A stretch of 64,000 nucleotides of DNA from Octopus vulgaris (Eukaryota). The DNA is taken from assembly GCA_951406725.2 (NCBI GenBank), contig OX597837.1, positions 14,942,001 through 15,006,000 of the forward strand, read 5' to 3'. The translations under genes were made by a program, and so were the position numbers. Positions within the stretch are counted from its first letter, which is position 1, and every line of letters starts with the position of its first letter. Positions 1 to 13,148 of this stretch are shown here, piece by piece. The notes under the pieces were generated by a model. It was not told the origin of the DNA, did not search any database, and saw nothing but the letters and a program-made list of their open reading frames with translations.

Positions 1-499
1 GATTTAATTCCGAACAGCAAATATTTACTTTGCTCTTTCGGTAATCTCCGTTTGATCTACCAACTTTGGGCTTTTATTATAGGTTCCTTTACTATGTACA
101 AACACAGCAGACCTACCACTTCTACCGCTACATCATCGAAATCTTATTATTATTTCTTAGCGTTTCCTATCTTTTGCTCCCTTGAGGAAACACACTTCCT
201 CCTTTTTTTTCTTTTTTCTTCTTTTTTTCCTTTTTCTTTACTCGAGATTGCATCTCGCATTAAAACTGCTATTTTAGTTCTTCGTCTTTGTGTAAATAGA
301 ACCATTTTATCTGTTTATCACATTTTCATCAACAGCTGCAGACATGGTTTTTAGATTTGCCTTTATAATTTCCTTTTATTCTTGAGTTACCGTTTCTGTT
401 CGGTTCTTGGAGAGAAGTGTAACAGTTTCAGAATCACTAACGGCAAAAAGACCACCATCAGATGCGTTCTAGATATTATCTTGAGCCAGTGTGAGAGGA

Positions 500-690
500 G
501 CAGCTATGTGGTCAGTTGATCTGCAAGAAATAGCAGCCAAATCTCCTTCAAATCACAAACTATAAAAAAGAGGAAAAACACACAGGATAAAGTGGTTTCA
601 CACCCCGGGAGAAAATATCTGGAATGGTCATGGTTGGAATGATTTTGATCATAAGTCTGCTTCAGTCAGAGCTGATTGAGGCTAAACAAC
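500..690 (-). mobile_element. Dispersed repeat family F (unclassified, probably non-autonomous)
   Basis: Motifs agaaatagcagccaaatct and gatcataagtctgc recur in either orientation at about 3505, 12240-12410, 14790-14870, 37440-37630, 39340-39400, 45000-45130, 47775-47880, 48380-48500 and 59560-59640. Strand is arbitrary. Confidence 0.6.
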
Positions 691-718
691 AGCCCATGAT
701 ATCACGCATACAGCAAAA

Positions 719-970
719 AGGCGGCGAGCTGGCAGAATCATTAGCACACCGGGTGAAATGCTTAGCGGTATTTTGTCTGCCGTTACGTTCTGAGTTCAAA
801 TTCCACCGAGGTCGACTTTGCCTTTCATCCTTTCTGGGTCGATAAATTAAGTACCAGTTATGCACTGGGGTCAATGTAATTGACTTAATCCGTTTGTCTG
901 TCCTTGTTTGTCCCCTCTATGTTTAGCCCCTTGTGGGTAGTAAAGAAATACATAATAAGAAGTATTATGT
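719..970 (+). mobile_element. tRNA-derived SINE family A, full length with TSD
   Basis: A-box-like tggcagaatcattag, B-box gagttcaaattcc, central gactttgcctttcatcctttctgggtcgataaattaagtacc (resembles the MetaSINE domain from memory). TSD atacagcaaaa at 708-718 and 971-981. More than 12 copies in the window. Confidence 0.85.
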
Positions 971-1269
971 ATACAGCAAAAGGTGTATGCACAATATTGT
1001 GTGTGTGATCAGCATCAGCATCGCCTACTCTCCCATGCTGGAATGGATTTAATGTTGGTGCATGTTTTTGTGGCACCATCGTTATAGAGGTTTCCTTAGC
1101 CTGTGGAGTAAGACGAAAGAGTCCTTGTGTTGTCACTGCTCAATTTGCCAATTACCTCACTTGGAAACCGGTAAGAGCTGGTGACAGGAAGGGCACCCAG
1201 CTGTAGACAATCTATCTCAACAAATTCCATGTGACCCAAGCAAGCATGAAAAAGTGGATATTAAAAACA

Positions 1270-1443
1270 AACAAGGACAGATTATCGCAACCCCAGTGCG
1301 TAACTGGTACTTATTTAATCGACCCCGAAAGGATGAAAGGCAAAGTTGACCTCAGCGGAATTTGAACTCAGAACGTAGCGGCAGACGAAATACCACTAAG
1401 CATTTTGCCCAGTGTGCTAACGTTTCTGCCAGCTCGCCACCTT
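1270..1443 (-). mobile_element. SINE family A, inverted relative to 719-970
   Basis: Reverse complement of the family A head and central domain. Confidence 0.85.
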
Positions 1444-1606
1444 CTTTCAGTTTCTGTCTTACCAAATTCACTCAAAAATCTTTGGTCAACCTTGAGGCTG
1501 CCATAGAAAACTCTTGTCCATGGTGCTGTGCAGTGGAACTGAAACTGGAACCATGCAATTGCAAAACAAGCTTCGAACCACACACACACCTATGCCTGAG
1601 CTTTTA

Positions 1607-1645
<39 letters not shown>

Positions 1646-2344
1646 ATCTACCACCCATCTATAAAAGCAGGCGTGAGCTTTTCCTTCTATCCTTAACCAC
1701 ATCTCTTCGTTATCTTGATGTCTATCAACACAAACATGTTTCAAATGAAATTAACTGTAATGACACAGATTAGTTTTGTTATTGTAAGGAGAAAAGAGAC
1801 CTGGTTGCCAGCGGCGCCGAAGAATGTAGGATTGTCACGCATCAGACTGGATTGATAAAGATGTCTGGCTTTCGTGAAGTCTTCTTAATATGTAATCCTT
1901 TTGGTATCAACCTAGCTGGAACCAACCCCAGCTCTGTGAAGCAAAACTGTCTACTTTGGAGCATTCATAGTTAAACCCTTAACACTTGGATTATCCTGTT
2001 AAGTGTGATCTCCTCAAGGTTGGTCGAAGGGGATTCCTTGCCCAGTTGGTGTGGCAGATGCTTACAGCCGTTTGGAATGATAGGGAAAGAGCGAAGGGTG
2101 GCTGTGCACAGGATGAAAGAGGCAGCAGAAAGGGCCGCTTGCTGGTTACGGAGCAGGAGAGAGGAGTGATGAGCAATAATTTGACAGCCTCTACAGACCC
2201 ACCAACGGGAGGCTGTCACAATTCAGGGTCAAAACACCTGATGGTCATTGGATACCATCTGATGGCATCAGTTGCTCCTGGCCAAAGCTCCGTTCACTTT
2301 GGTCAGTGGGAAAAAAGTGCCTTCTTGCAGATGTTATCAATAAC

Positions 2345-2910
2345 AATCATTTTTGAGATTTCAAAGATGTGATTGCTTATTAGAATGACATTGTAGGGTA
2401 TACGTGACAGGTCAAATCTGGCCAGTTTCAGCAAAAAAACAGGTCAAATATTTGGACAGATATGGCCAGTTTAAATCCTAAAGAGTTAAATTAAAATCTC
2501 TTTAATGATAAAGTCAATTATTTTACCAAATCATTCCAAATTGTTGATTATCCTCATTACTTGACTGTTATTTTTTCCCTAAAGGATGAAAGGCAAAGTT
2601 GACCTTGATAAGATTTGAACTCAAGCATTAAAAAGCCAGAAATAATTCTAGCCATTTTATCCAATGCCCTAACAAGTCTGCTAATCTACCACCTTAAATA
2701 CCAGCACCCTTCAGCATTCAAACTGGCCATACCCAGCCCAAAACTTCTACCTGTTTTATGTTCAAAGTGGCCAGATCTTGTCTGTCACACCTACCCTACA
2801 ATGCCATTCTAAAAATAATTAATCACATCTTGAAAATCTTGAAGCTATGAGTAATGCATGACTAATTCAAAACAATCTGAATAAATGAGCATTGAATAAT
2901 TAAGGGTTAA
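2345..2910. mobile_element. Two oppositely oriented copies of a TTAA-ended piggyBac-like MITE (about 2345-2489 and 2707-2910)
   Basis: Ends ccct(t/c)agcatt...aagggttaa. Same body as the copies at 35051-35474. Confidence 0.55.
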
Positions 2911-3179
2911 TTATGAAGTTAATTAGTTTACTAAATCACTCCAGATTGTTGATTATTTTCTTTAATGAATTCAGTGTATTTCATTAGAAATATGGGTGGT
3001 GAGAGTTAAGGGTGAAAGGCGTAGAATTAAGTCAGTGATCTTAGCTGAACCATTAGCATGCCAGACAAAATGCAGAGTAGCATTCTGTCTGTCACTACAT
3101 TCTGAGTTCAAATTCCACTGAGGCTGACTTTACCTTTCATCTTTTCAGGGGGTTGATAAAATAAGTTATCTTTATCGAG

Positions 3180-3390
3180 GCATCATCCAGTCAGGCCGAT
3201 TGCCCAGACCAGCCTCACTACCTCTCTCCATCCTCCTAATCTTCCATTAGTATTTTTTAGGTCTTTGATTTGGCATCAAGCATCTTCTACAAGGCTGTTG
3301 TATATACATCCTCCATGGTCGTCAAGCTGCTGTGGTACCATGATCTGGTGTCCCACCATAATGACCAGCAAACCTCAATCTCTGACCCTA
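3180..3390 (-). mobile_element. Decayed RTE-clade LINE 3' end
   Basis: Minus-strand translation gives RLRFAGHY...HG...GWREVV, typical of the RTE C-terminus. Confidence 0.55.
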
Positions 3391-4759
3391 GAAAATCTTG
3401 ATTAAATTCCATCCAAAACATGCAAACATGGAAAAGTGGACATTAAGACAATGGTGATGATGATGATCAGAGATATACTGGATAGTATTATCCTAGGTAG
3501 ACAAAAAAACAGGATGGTCAGAGCTGGAATGTCTTTGATGATAGTCCTGCTCAGTGCTGACCGGGGTCTAACCAACAATAGCCAAACAGTCTCTTCCCTC
3601 TTAAATGATTCAGATAAATTCTTTCAGTTGCCAAATGAAATGTTCCAAGATTCCTCTAAAAGAATGGAGAAACTATTCCAATGATAATAAATCTCTAAAT
3701 CTCCCACTTTAAACAAGTTTTTTTCAAGAAAAAGACTTGACATTTCTCTTCCTTAGATTGGCAAATGATATAAAAATGTGGCAGGAGAATTTTGGAAAAT
3801 AAGTTATCATTTGATATGGAATAGAAACAACAGAAGATCTTGCTTTTGATAATATCTGGACTGAGTAGAAACCCAGAAGAAAATAAGACAATTGAAGTTT
3901 TTTTTCTTTCACGAATTCTTATAAAAATATTGTCTTGGCCTTCACTTTGGAACCACATATTATTCCTCTAAACAAATGGTGATTAACTCATTTGTTTTCA
4001 TTGTTTTTGCAATTATGGTAAAATGTTTTACGTTAATTTACTCATTAAATAACTATCTCAGTAATTTTTTTCTTGTTATGATAATGAGAGAGAGAGCGTG
4101 TGATATAACACTCTTTTATCTAAGACAAGATGGCTGTTAGTTGACTGATGACAGCAGCTGTGCATTAGAGGTATTATTAGTAATATGAGGTGTGTGTGTA
4201 TATATATATATACACACACAACTATATTACAGACTTCATAGTTTCTTTATTGCTTTAGGAGTGCATATGAGGAATGTGTGATGTGTGTATAAAGAAAATA
4301 TGTTGGATGCTTGCAGTATATGGGTGTAACGGTGCCAGAGGTTAGACGGGAGGAGATTTGGAAGGAAGGAAGAAAAGGCGTGAGATAGATAAGATTTTTG
4401 GGGAGAGTTAAAACTTGTGAATGAGGAATTAGTCATAGAAACGAACCCAGTGTGCAGCATCAGCTGTGTTGGTTCTTCATCTTGTTGTTATTACAGTTTG
4501 GTCGTTTGCTTAAAATAATATGGCTGATGGGGGAAAAAATAACTCAAGCGAGCATTCTGCATGTTAAATGCAAACATGGTAGGGTCTTGCATACGTAATA
4601 TTACATGTTGGAAACTTTGGTTAGCCTAAGTTAGGCAAGCAGCTAGTCTACACAATCCCTTTAAGGCTTGTGTCTATCAAGGGAGTCCACAAAACAAGCA
4701 AAGCGGGGTAGCGCCAGTAAGATTATTGGTTGGAATTATTTGAACAATAAAGAAAATAC

Positions 4760-5066
4760 AGGTTCAGTCCCACTATTTGGCACCTTGGGCAAATTTTGTT
4801 CTGCTATAGCCTTGAGTCACCTGGAGCCTTGTGAGTGGATTTGGTTGACGGAAACTGAAAGAAGCCCGTCATATATGTCTGGTTGTGTTTGTTCCCCACC
4901 ACCACTTGAGAACTGGTGTTGGTTTGTTTACATCCTCACAACCAACAGAATGCATACCAGGCTTAAAAAATAAGTACAGGGGTCATTTTGTTCAGCTAAA
5001 TAAACCCTTCAAAGTGGTGCCCCAGCATGGCCACAGTCCAATGACTAAAACCTGTAAAGATAAAAG
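4760..5066 (+). mobile_element. SINE family B (CORE-like domain)
   Basis: ggttcagtcccact...ggcaccttgggcaa CORE-like motif; 3' ccccagcatggccacagtccaatgact. Confidence 0.75.
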
Positions 5067-6104
5067 AACTCATCTTAGACATTTAACATTGACTGAGAGA
5101 TGTTCAGTTGCTACATGTTCACTTGCTACATGTAGAATTATTGAATTGTTGGAGCCGTTTACTATTTGGGTGTCGCTATTTAAAGTCTGTCTCACAATGC
5201 TGTCTGATTCTATCCCAGTAGTCTTTGGTAAGCGTAGAGCAAAGGTAAGTTGCTAATGGGTCAAATCAATGACCTGGTTCCAAACCTTGGCTAAAAGAAC
5301 GATTTCCTAAGCAAATGGTAATTTCAGTAGAATACATTATTGATCTTGCTTTGATTTCCAAATAAAGATTTGATTTCACTCTGGGGTGCAATTGGCTGAT
5401 GCAGTGCAGTGTAATTCTGTTGTTGTTTAAACTCCTAAATATCCCTCAAATTACGTTCTGCTGTCTTCAAAGAAAAACATGTTTTTTTCATATATCCCTG
5501 GGTAAACGGTCTTAGAAAAAAACTTACATTGTCATGCTTTGAATGTCTTTAAATGTAATCCTGTTGGATCTGATCTGAAATGAATCGACCCTTAGGTACC
5601 AACCTGCCTGAGGTCATCTCTGGTTCTATGATCCCAAACCCCTTGTTTTAAAGTCACATAAATTAAAAACTTCCATCAAAATTTGTTAATTTCTGTTCTG
5701 AACATGACATTATTAATCAGTTATTTTGCTAAATTCTTCATTGATTTTGAAATTTGTTACCCAAAGTCTTGTGAGTAGATTTGGTTGAGGGAAACTGAAA
5801 GAAACCTCTGTGTGTGTGTGTGTTAGAGTTTCCTTGTCATGACTGCTTGATAGTTGCAAAATGAGTGCCACCGTTATGCAAGTGGTGTCGTTTGTTTCCA
5901 ATCTTCTGTGAAACCATGTCTTGTCAAGGAGGAAAATCCTCTTGTTTAGAAACGGATGAGGATTGTCAACAAGAAGAACACCACCTGACCATAGCAAATC
6001 TTCCCCAACAAATTCCATCCAACCCATACCAGCATGGAGAAGTGAATGCCAAAGTCATGATGAAACACAGCTCTTCAACAGAAATAACTTTTACCTTTTG
6101 TCTC

Positions 6105-6458
6105 TTGTTTCAGTCATTAGACTACGGCCATGCTGGGGCACTGCCTTGAAGACATTTTAACTGAATGAATTGATCCCCAGTTTTTATTTTTTGTTAAGGC
6201 CAGTGCATATGCTATCTGCCTATTTTGTTGAACCACTAGGTTACAGGGACATAAACGCACCAACACCAGTTATCAAGCAGTGGTGGGACACACACACATA
6301 GATGATGGTCTTCTTTCAGTTTCTTTCTACCAAATCCCGGTTTTGGTCAGCCCAATGCTAGAGTAGAAGACACTTGCCCAAAGTGCCATGCAGTGGGACT
6401 GAACCCAGAACCATGTGGTTGAGAAGCAAACGTCTTAACACACAGCCACACCTGCTCC
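6105..6458 (-). mobile_element. SINE family B, full length
   Basis: Reverse complement of the family B head (tggctgtgtg...aag), CORE-like domain and tail. Confidence 0.8.
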
Positions 6459-6522
6459 TATGGTAACAAAAAAGATTACAACAATGGCTCTTTTTTCCTT
6501 TCTTTCTTTTTCTATTCTGCAG

Positions 6523-6787
6523 GAATCAGTCCTTCTCATTGCACCTCATCCACCCCCACCCAAATGTTTCCTCTATTTCCTCTTATTTTCACTCTTCATC
6601 AATACATCACTACTCATAATTCACTTTCTCCAGTTTCCAATCAATTTTTCTACTCTCAGTGCATTTTACCTGTAATCTACCTTTTTACAAAGGGAATCCG
6701 AGACAATCTTTTCATGCCAAACTTTGTCTATTGTTCTGTGAGATTTCTTAAATTGATTTTGTTTTTTTTTTCTTTTTCTCATTTCAG
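6523..6787 (+). other. Candidate non-coding exon, or the region leading into a recursive splice site
   Basis: Strong acceptor (long pyrimidine tract + ctgcag ending 6522) and consensus donor CAG|gtaagt at 6788. The donor is itself preceded by a U-rich pyrimidine tract. Confidence 0.4.
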
Positions 6788-7014
6788 GTAAGTGTTATCT
6801 TCTTCTTGAGTGTATGATTGGTTTGATTTCAATGTTTATATCTTCGGGTGACCCCTGCTTACCTGAGCTGATCCTAAACAGTAAGTGACGATTTTATATT
6901 AATTTTTGTTTGATGTTCCGGATATGAAATTGAAGTCACAATGTGAAATTACTTAACACTATTATTTCAATCAATGTTTTGTTGTTCTGCTTCTTTTTTT
7001 TCTTTGTCTCTTTC

Positions 7015-7046
<32 letters not shown>

Positions 7047-7047
<1 letters not shown>

Positions 7048-7620
7048 GGCAGCAAGCTAGCAGAACCGTTAGCACGTCAGTCAAAATGCTTGGCGGTATT
7101 TCATCTGTTGCTACGTTCTGAGTTCAAATTCCACTGAGGTCGATTTTTCCTTTCATCCTTTCAGGGTCAATAAATTAAGTACCAGTGAAACACTGGGGTT
7201 GATGTGTTCAACTGTCCTCCTCCCGTAAAATCTAGGCCTTGTGCTGATAGCAGAAAAGATTATTATTATTGTTATTAAGGCGGCAAGTGAATAGAATGAA
7301 TGACAGTTGAGAACAGGGGTCAATGGAATCAACTTAACCCTGCCCCCTACGATTACTAGCCTTGTGCCAAAACTTGAAACCATTATTATTGTTGTTGTTG
7401 TAAGGGGGAAAGCTGCTAGAAGCCTTACCGCATCAGACAAAATACTTCGCATCACTTTTTCTGACATTACGTTCTGAGATCAAATTCTGCTGTAGTTGAG
7501 TTCACCTTTCAGCTTTTCAGGGTTAATAATCTGAAGTACCAGTCATGTACTGGGGTCAGTGTAATCTACTAGCCCTCTCCCTCAAAATTTTATGCTTTGT
7601 GCCCATAGTGAGAAGTATTA
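7047..7620 (+). mobile_element. Head-to-tail array of family A SINE variants separated by (ATT)n
   Basis: Three heads, each following an att/gtt tract; tails ggccttgtgc...agaaaagattattatt. Similar arrays at 8330-8700, 51172-51545 and 57100-57540. Confidence 0.75.
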
Positions 7621-9119
7621 TCATCATCATTTTTATGTACTATCGTCATCATCACATTCGTTTTCCATGCTGGCATGGGTTGGACAGTATATATACACAC
7701 ACAAACACACACATAGATAGATAGATATCTTTTGGTGATGGATATTAGTGAAGGACATAAGCATCAAAGAGTAGACCCCAAAATCAATGCTTTACAAATG
7801 AAGTCCTTTGACATGTTTGTTCTGCACTGGATTAGATACTCCCTTGTTGCTCTTGTCATCACAGACGAAAGAAATTGCTGATTGGGTCCCTTAACCTGTA
7901 AAATAAATGCTGTTTATTTTTTTACAGTTGCCATTTACAAAGTAAATAATTAATTATAATTTATGCGATTAATATAAGAATGAAGCAGAAATAAAATTTT
8001 GAAACTAAAGAAAAAAATAAAGAAAACCACCCTGCTTATTAGGGATTAGTCATGATGAGATCAAAGGATGAAGCATAAATCTTTTTTCTACCTGGTTGGA
8101 TGCTGTCATTTAAATCCTGGAATCGCAACTGATGATGAGAAACACCATTTTGGAATTGGAATTTTACCTTTGTGTGTCATTGTGGGAAAATGTTGCATGG
8201 AATGGAAGGGAAATACCTTTTAGTAAAATATCATCATCATCATCATCATCCTTCTCATCACCACTATCATCCTCATCATTATCAGTCTCAACAGCATTAT
8301 CATCATCATCATCATCATCGTTATTGTAGATTGGCAAGAACATTAGAAAAACTGAATAAATTCATTGCCATTTTTTGTCTTCTGGTCCTTTAAACTCTGA
8401 GTTCAAACCCTGCCATGGTTAACTTTGCTTTTCATCCTTCCTTAAAAACTGCTGGCCTTGTGCCATCATTATTATTATTATTATTAAGGCAGTGGGCTGG
8501 TAGAATTTGTTAGCAAGCTGGGCAAAATGGTTAACAGCATTTCAGCTGTCTATGTTCTGAGTTCAAATTCTGCTGGGGTCAGCTTTGCCTTTCATCCTTT
8601 TGGGGTCAATAAAATAAGTTCCAGTTGCATACTAGGGTTGATGTAATCAAATAGCCCCCTTCCCCCAAAATCCTTGTGCCTACAGTAAAATGGATTATTA
8701 TTATCATTATTTTTTTTTTTCCTCTTTCTTTCCATAATATCTCTGACTAAATTACATTATCTAATTCGAATCTTACCGACATTGGAATCGTGTCAGTTGA
8801 TATTTAGCTGCATTCTTCTGAAACTGTAAACCAAATGCTTTGGTTTTAAACTTTGGAGCCAAAAATCTATTTTTAGACATGTAAGCTGATCCATGAGCCA
8901 CATGGCTGCATGGAGGTTCTTGGAGAACTTAAACAAACACGACCTTATTGACTTGAAAAACTAAGATCATAGGAAAACGTGTTGAGTGCCAAACACAATA
9001 TTATCTCAGAAGAGGAAATGGTGTTTTCCTTTCATTCATCTGATTTGTTTTTAGAGGTTTTTTTTGTATGCAGTGTAATTTTTTTTTTTTTATATATTTT
9101 ATTATTTGCTTGGTTCCAT

Positions 9120-9480
9120 CTTTAGAGTACGGTCATGCTACAGCACCACCTTGAAGGGCTGAACAAATCATCCCTAGTATTTATTTTTTAAGCTTGGTAG
9201 ATGTTCTTTTGGTTTTGGTTTTTTTTTTTATCTTTTTCTGAACGGCTAGATTATTGGGATGTAAACAAACCAACAGTTTGTCAAGCAGTGGTGGGGACAG
9301 ACAGACAGACAGACACACACACACAAAACAGGCTTCTTTCCGTTTCCGTTTACCAAATCCACTCAGAAGGCTTTAGTTGGCCCAGGGCTACCGTAGGAGA
9401 CACTTGCCCTAGGTACTGTGCAGTGGGACTGAACCCAAGACCACATTTTGTTAGGAATTGGGTTTTTCAACCTCACAGCT
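9120..9480 (-). mobile_element. SINE family B
   Basis: Matches 22150-22545. Confidence 0.75.
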
Positions 9481-10357
9481 GAATCTGCCTGTTGCATAGC
9501 TACAAGATTCTTTTTTTTTTTTTTTGTATTGTTAACAAATTCCTTAGAAAATTCAAGTTCAAGGTTTGGAGTCCAATAAAAACTCCAAAATGGTTTTTTT
9601 GAAATATAAAAGACTGATGGCGTTTGGGTTTTGGTTTCTTACTCCTTCCTCAGAGAGATTCTTCAGAACTGGCATCTTGGTGGTCGTTTGCCAGGGGGAA
9701 TATAATCTCGCTGCCACTACCAATGGTTGCATATTTAATTCATTTATGTCTTGCCAAGCCTTAAGTAGAATTATATTCCTCCTGGAAGCTGCCTTTGAAT
9801 GAATAATCACTTCTCCGACTGATAATCTCCTGCTCAAGTTTCGTTTACAAAATACACCACAAAACGCTTAGAAGCTGTGTGTACATATATGTGTGTGTGT
9901 GTGTGTGTGTATACATATATATTGTTGTTGTCTTTTAATCTTCGTTCCCCACCATCGCCACGGCCACCACCACCACCACCACCTATATCATTAAGTGCTG
10001 ATATATACTTTTTAAACCAAATCGCTGTAACTTTATATTTGATAGTCGAGTTTTTTTTTCTTGTTTTTTTTTATTTTAAATAAATAAATATAACATCTTG
10101 TAATACATTCTTTCCGCTTGCCTGCCTCGTCTGATAATTACTCGAGGCTGTCAGTTATTTCGCTGCCCCTATCTCCTCCTCATCATCTTACATTGCAATG
10201 AACTTTTATTATCGACGATTATTCAATGTCTGTCTTTGGAATTGCAGTTATTCAAAGTTCGTTATTTATTTAGCTATTTCCTAATGAGCAATTCTCTTGC
10301 AACCAAATTATTCTGCGTGTCTCTGCTTCTTTATGCAAATTATATAATATGATCATA

Positions 10358-10715
10358 TCTGGTTGTGTGGTTAAGAAGCTCGCTTGGCAGCCACTTGGCT
10401 TCAGGTTCAATCCTACTACACAACACTTAGAGCAAATGTCTGCTACTGATTGAATTTGGTATATGGATATTGTGAGGAAGCCTATCATATATGGATGTGT
10501 ATGTTATTATGTTTATGTTGTCTTTGTCTCCCATCACGACCAGTGTTGGTTTGTTTATGCCCCTGTAACTTAACAGTTCAGCCAAAGAGAATGATAAACT
10601 AAGTACCAGGCTTTAAAACCAAAAATAAACACCGGGGTTAATTTGTTGAACTGAAGCCCTTCAAGGTGCTGCCCCAGCATGGCCTGAGTCTAACACCTGA
10701 AACAAGTAAAAAAAT
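10358..10715 (+). mobile_element. SINE family B, diverged
   Basis: tggttgtgtggttaagaag head, ggttcaatcc B-box, family B tail. Confidence 0.7.
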
Positions 10716-11084
10716 AAAAATGATAAATTACTGTTTGTCTCTTTATGCAAATTGTTTAATTTAATTATATACATGTTTATCTGATGTTGACACCGAAGTC
10801 GTTATCTTCATAGTTCGTTAAAGGTCAAGTAATTTATTTAAGCTGATGAGGGAATGTTGTCAGTAAACAAACGATGAAATATCAACAGTTTCAACTTTGG
10901 CCATTAAATATCAAATTATACAGGCAGGCTGTATATGATATGATAGGGAGAGACTGTTTACACAGGGCCACCATGCAGCTGGGATCCCTATTAAATGGGG
11001 AAATATTGATGTTTTGTGACTCACTACATACCCTATTCACTGAAGGCTTAGTAGAGGTGTGGGAAGCAATGAAGCCAGGAAGGT

Positions 11085-11610
11085 AAAGGGGTACGTCTAC
11101 TTGGGGTACACAGTGAACCTGCACTGAAGCATACACGACTGTTGAACTCTCAAAGAGAATACAAGCAGGATGGAAGGCCTTTATCTCAATAGGGAACAGG
11201 CTCAAAGCAAAGCTGGATAAGACCCATATGTGCTTGGCTCCTCTACATGTGATTCCTTGGGCTATAGAGGGAAGAACATCGGATTGGTGACCATGCAAAA
11301 AGCCATGGACAGATCTATGCTGGGAATATTGTTGTGAGAAGATAGCTAAATGAAATAATTTGAGAATGAAGCAGGGTGAGTGAAGTGATCGCAGAATACC
11401 AAAAGGGCTAAAATCCAGTGGATTGGACATGTTGCAATGTTCACGGATGACAGGTGGATCCTTGCAGTTGGCAAGTAGCATCCAGCAGATGAGAAAAGGC
11501 CACTCAAAATCCTCCATGGTGATGGGAGGATAATTAAATGATTTAGGCCAAAATGGTTAAGAATGGTGCGGCCAAGAAAGAATTGGAAGTGCATTGTGAC
11601 CAGTGATGTA
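11085..11610 (+). mobile_element. Decayed RTE-clade LINE (RT thumb and C-terminus)
   Basis: Across frameshifts on +: YVYLG, KRIQAGWKAF, QKAMDRSMLGI, WIGHVA..TDDRW, then KR..P..WED-like. Confidence 0.75.
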
Positions 11611-12789
11611 TAACATCTAATTGTCTGATCGAAACAGTGATATACATTCTGTATAGCTTTGGTTTTCTGGAACCTTTGGTGCCAAAACCATTTTAGACAA
11701 CTGATTTTTTTTTCAAGCTATTGAAGCTATTGAAGTTAATTAAATAATTAAATGAAACCCAGGTATGTGTGCATTAGTATAAATGGTACAAGCTTATTGG
11801 TATTGTACAAGATGCTGTGGGAAATGGTTTCCCAGTAAACTAGTGAAGGGGTCACTGGAATTTGGTGTTCTTATTTGTAAATGAGTGCAGACTACAAGTG
11901 CCGAGAAAGTTACTGTTGTACTTCTAGTAATATTGTGAGTTAAAAAACATCGATTTACTAAGCTTATCCATGCAGTTAGTAGACAAAGTTACCCTCTAAC
12001 AGTATTCAGAATCTAACATCCAACATGTCAGGAAGATAAATCTAGTGAGGTCAGCTAATTGAATTTGGAGGAAGATAATTAGACAAAACCAGTATATAAG
12101 GAATATAACCATAGTGTAATTTCAGCTAATTGAATTTTTAAAAAATAAAGATGGAGATGAGAGTAAGTCTTTAATGTCAACTGGTAAAATTAATACATAT
12201 TTCAGTCTTATCAGACCTCTTCAGGGAGGCATGTTACTTTTGTTGTTTAACCCCAGGTTGGTTTTGATTTTTCAGTCCCATGATCAAAGACCATAATATT
12301 TCTTTTTTTTTTTTAGGCATAGTGTACCTTGGACAACATTATCTAGTGTGTTTTATTCTTTCAAGATTGTCATGTGCTGGTATTTTGCTATTATTTCTAT
12401 CAGGCCCCTTAACCATAAAGGGGTTTCATCATTGAATCACACAAATAAGTTTTGATTCTCAGTTAGAACCTTGTCATTTCACAGAAACTGCTGCTACATA
12501 GAGAAGCGGATGAGCTGCAGGTTTTAGCATTTTACCATTCTTACCTAAAATTTAGAACCATGCTCCTAACAGCTGCTACAGTTTAGTGAAGCAGCATGAT
12601 GGTAGAACTAATTGAATACCTGGCTACATGGCTTGCAATATTTGCAGAAACAGTGAAGCATCTACCAATATTGTTTTACCATATTTAGTTCCAATTATTT
12701 GCATATGTCATAAGAATTCAAAAACTTTGAGACATGTGACATAAATCACTTTTAACAGAGAAACTCAAAATAGATAAAGCTATAAATAA

Positions 12790-13005
12790 TACTTTCTACC
12801 CTAGGCACAGGGCCTAAAATTTGGGAGAAGGGGTAAGTTGATTGCATCGACCTCCCCACCTAGGGCTCAGCTGTTTTTTTATCGACCCTGAACAGATCAA
12901 AGGTAAAGTCGGCCCCAGTAGAATTTGAACTCAGAACATAAAGACAGACAAAATACCACTAAGCATTTTGCCCAATGTGCTAACAATTCTCCAGGCTCAC
13001 CATCT
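12790..13005 (-). mobile_element. SINE family A variant
   Basis: Reverse complement of head, central domain and tail. Confidence 0.7.
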
Positions 13006-13076
13006 TTGATAAAGCTTTAAATAATAGCAAGTAAATATTGGGGGTGGAAAACCCCCTTCAGATAGAAAAAGTCAAA

Positions 13077-13148
13077 GGTTGCCCATGGATTTGAGACCCA
13101 CATCTCCTGTAACCATGACATATGTTCTACCATTGGACCCAAGCAATC
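13077..13148 (-). pseudogene. tRNA-like relic (tRNA pseudogene or isolated SINE head)
   Basis: Imperfect acceptor stem gattgct/ggcaacc, A-box-like tgggtccaatgg, degenerate T-arm gtgggtctcaaatccat. The anticodon arm does not fold cleanly. Confidence 0.4.

Noticed and set aside
8172-8393. His-rich or Ser-rich ORFs
   Set aside because: Translations of a (CAT)n microsatellite.
10891-11517. 208-aa minus-strand ORF
   Set aside because: It is the antisense shadow of a decayed RTE whose motifs read on the + strand.
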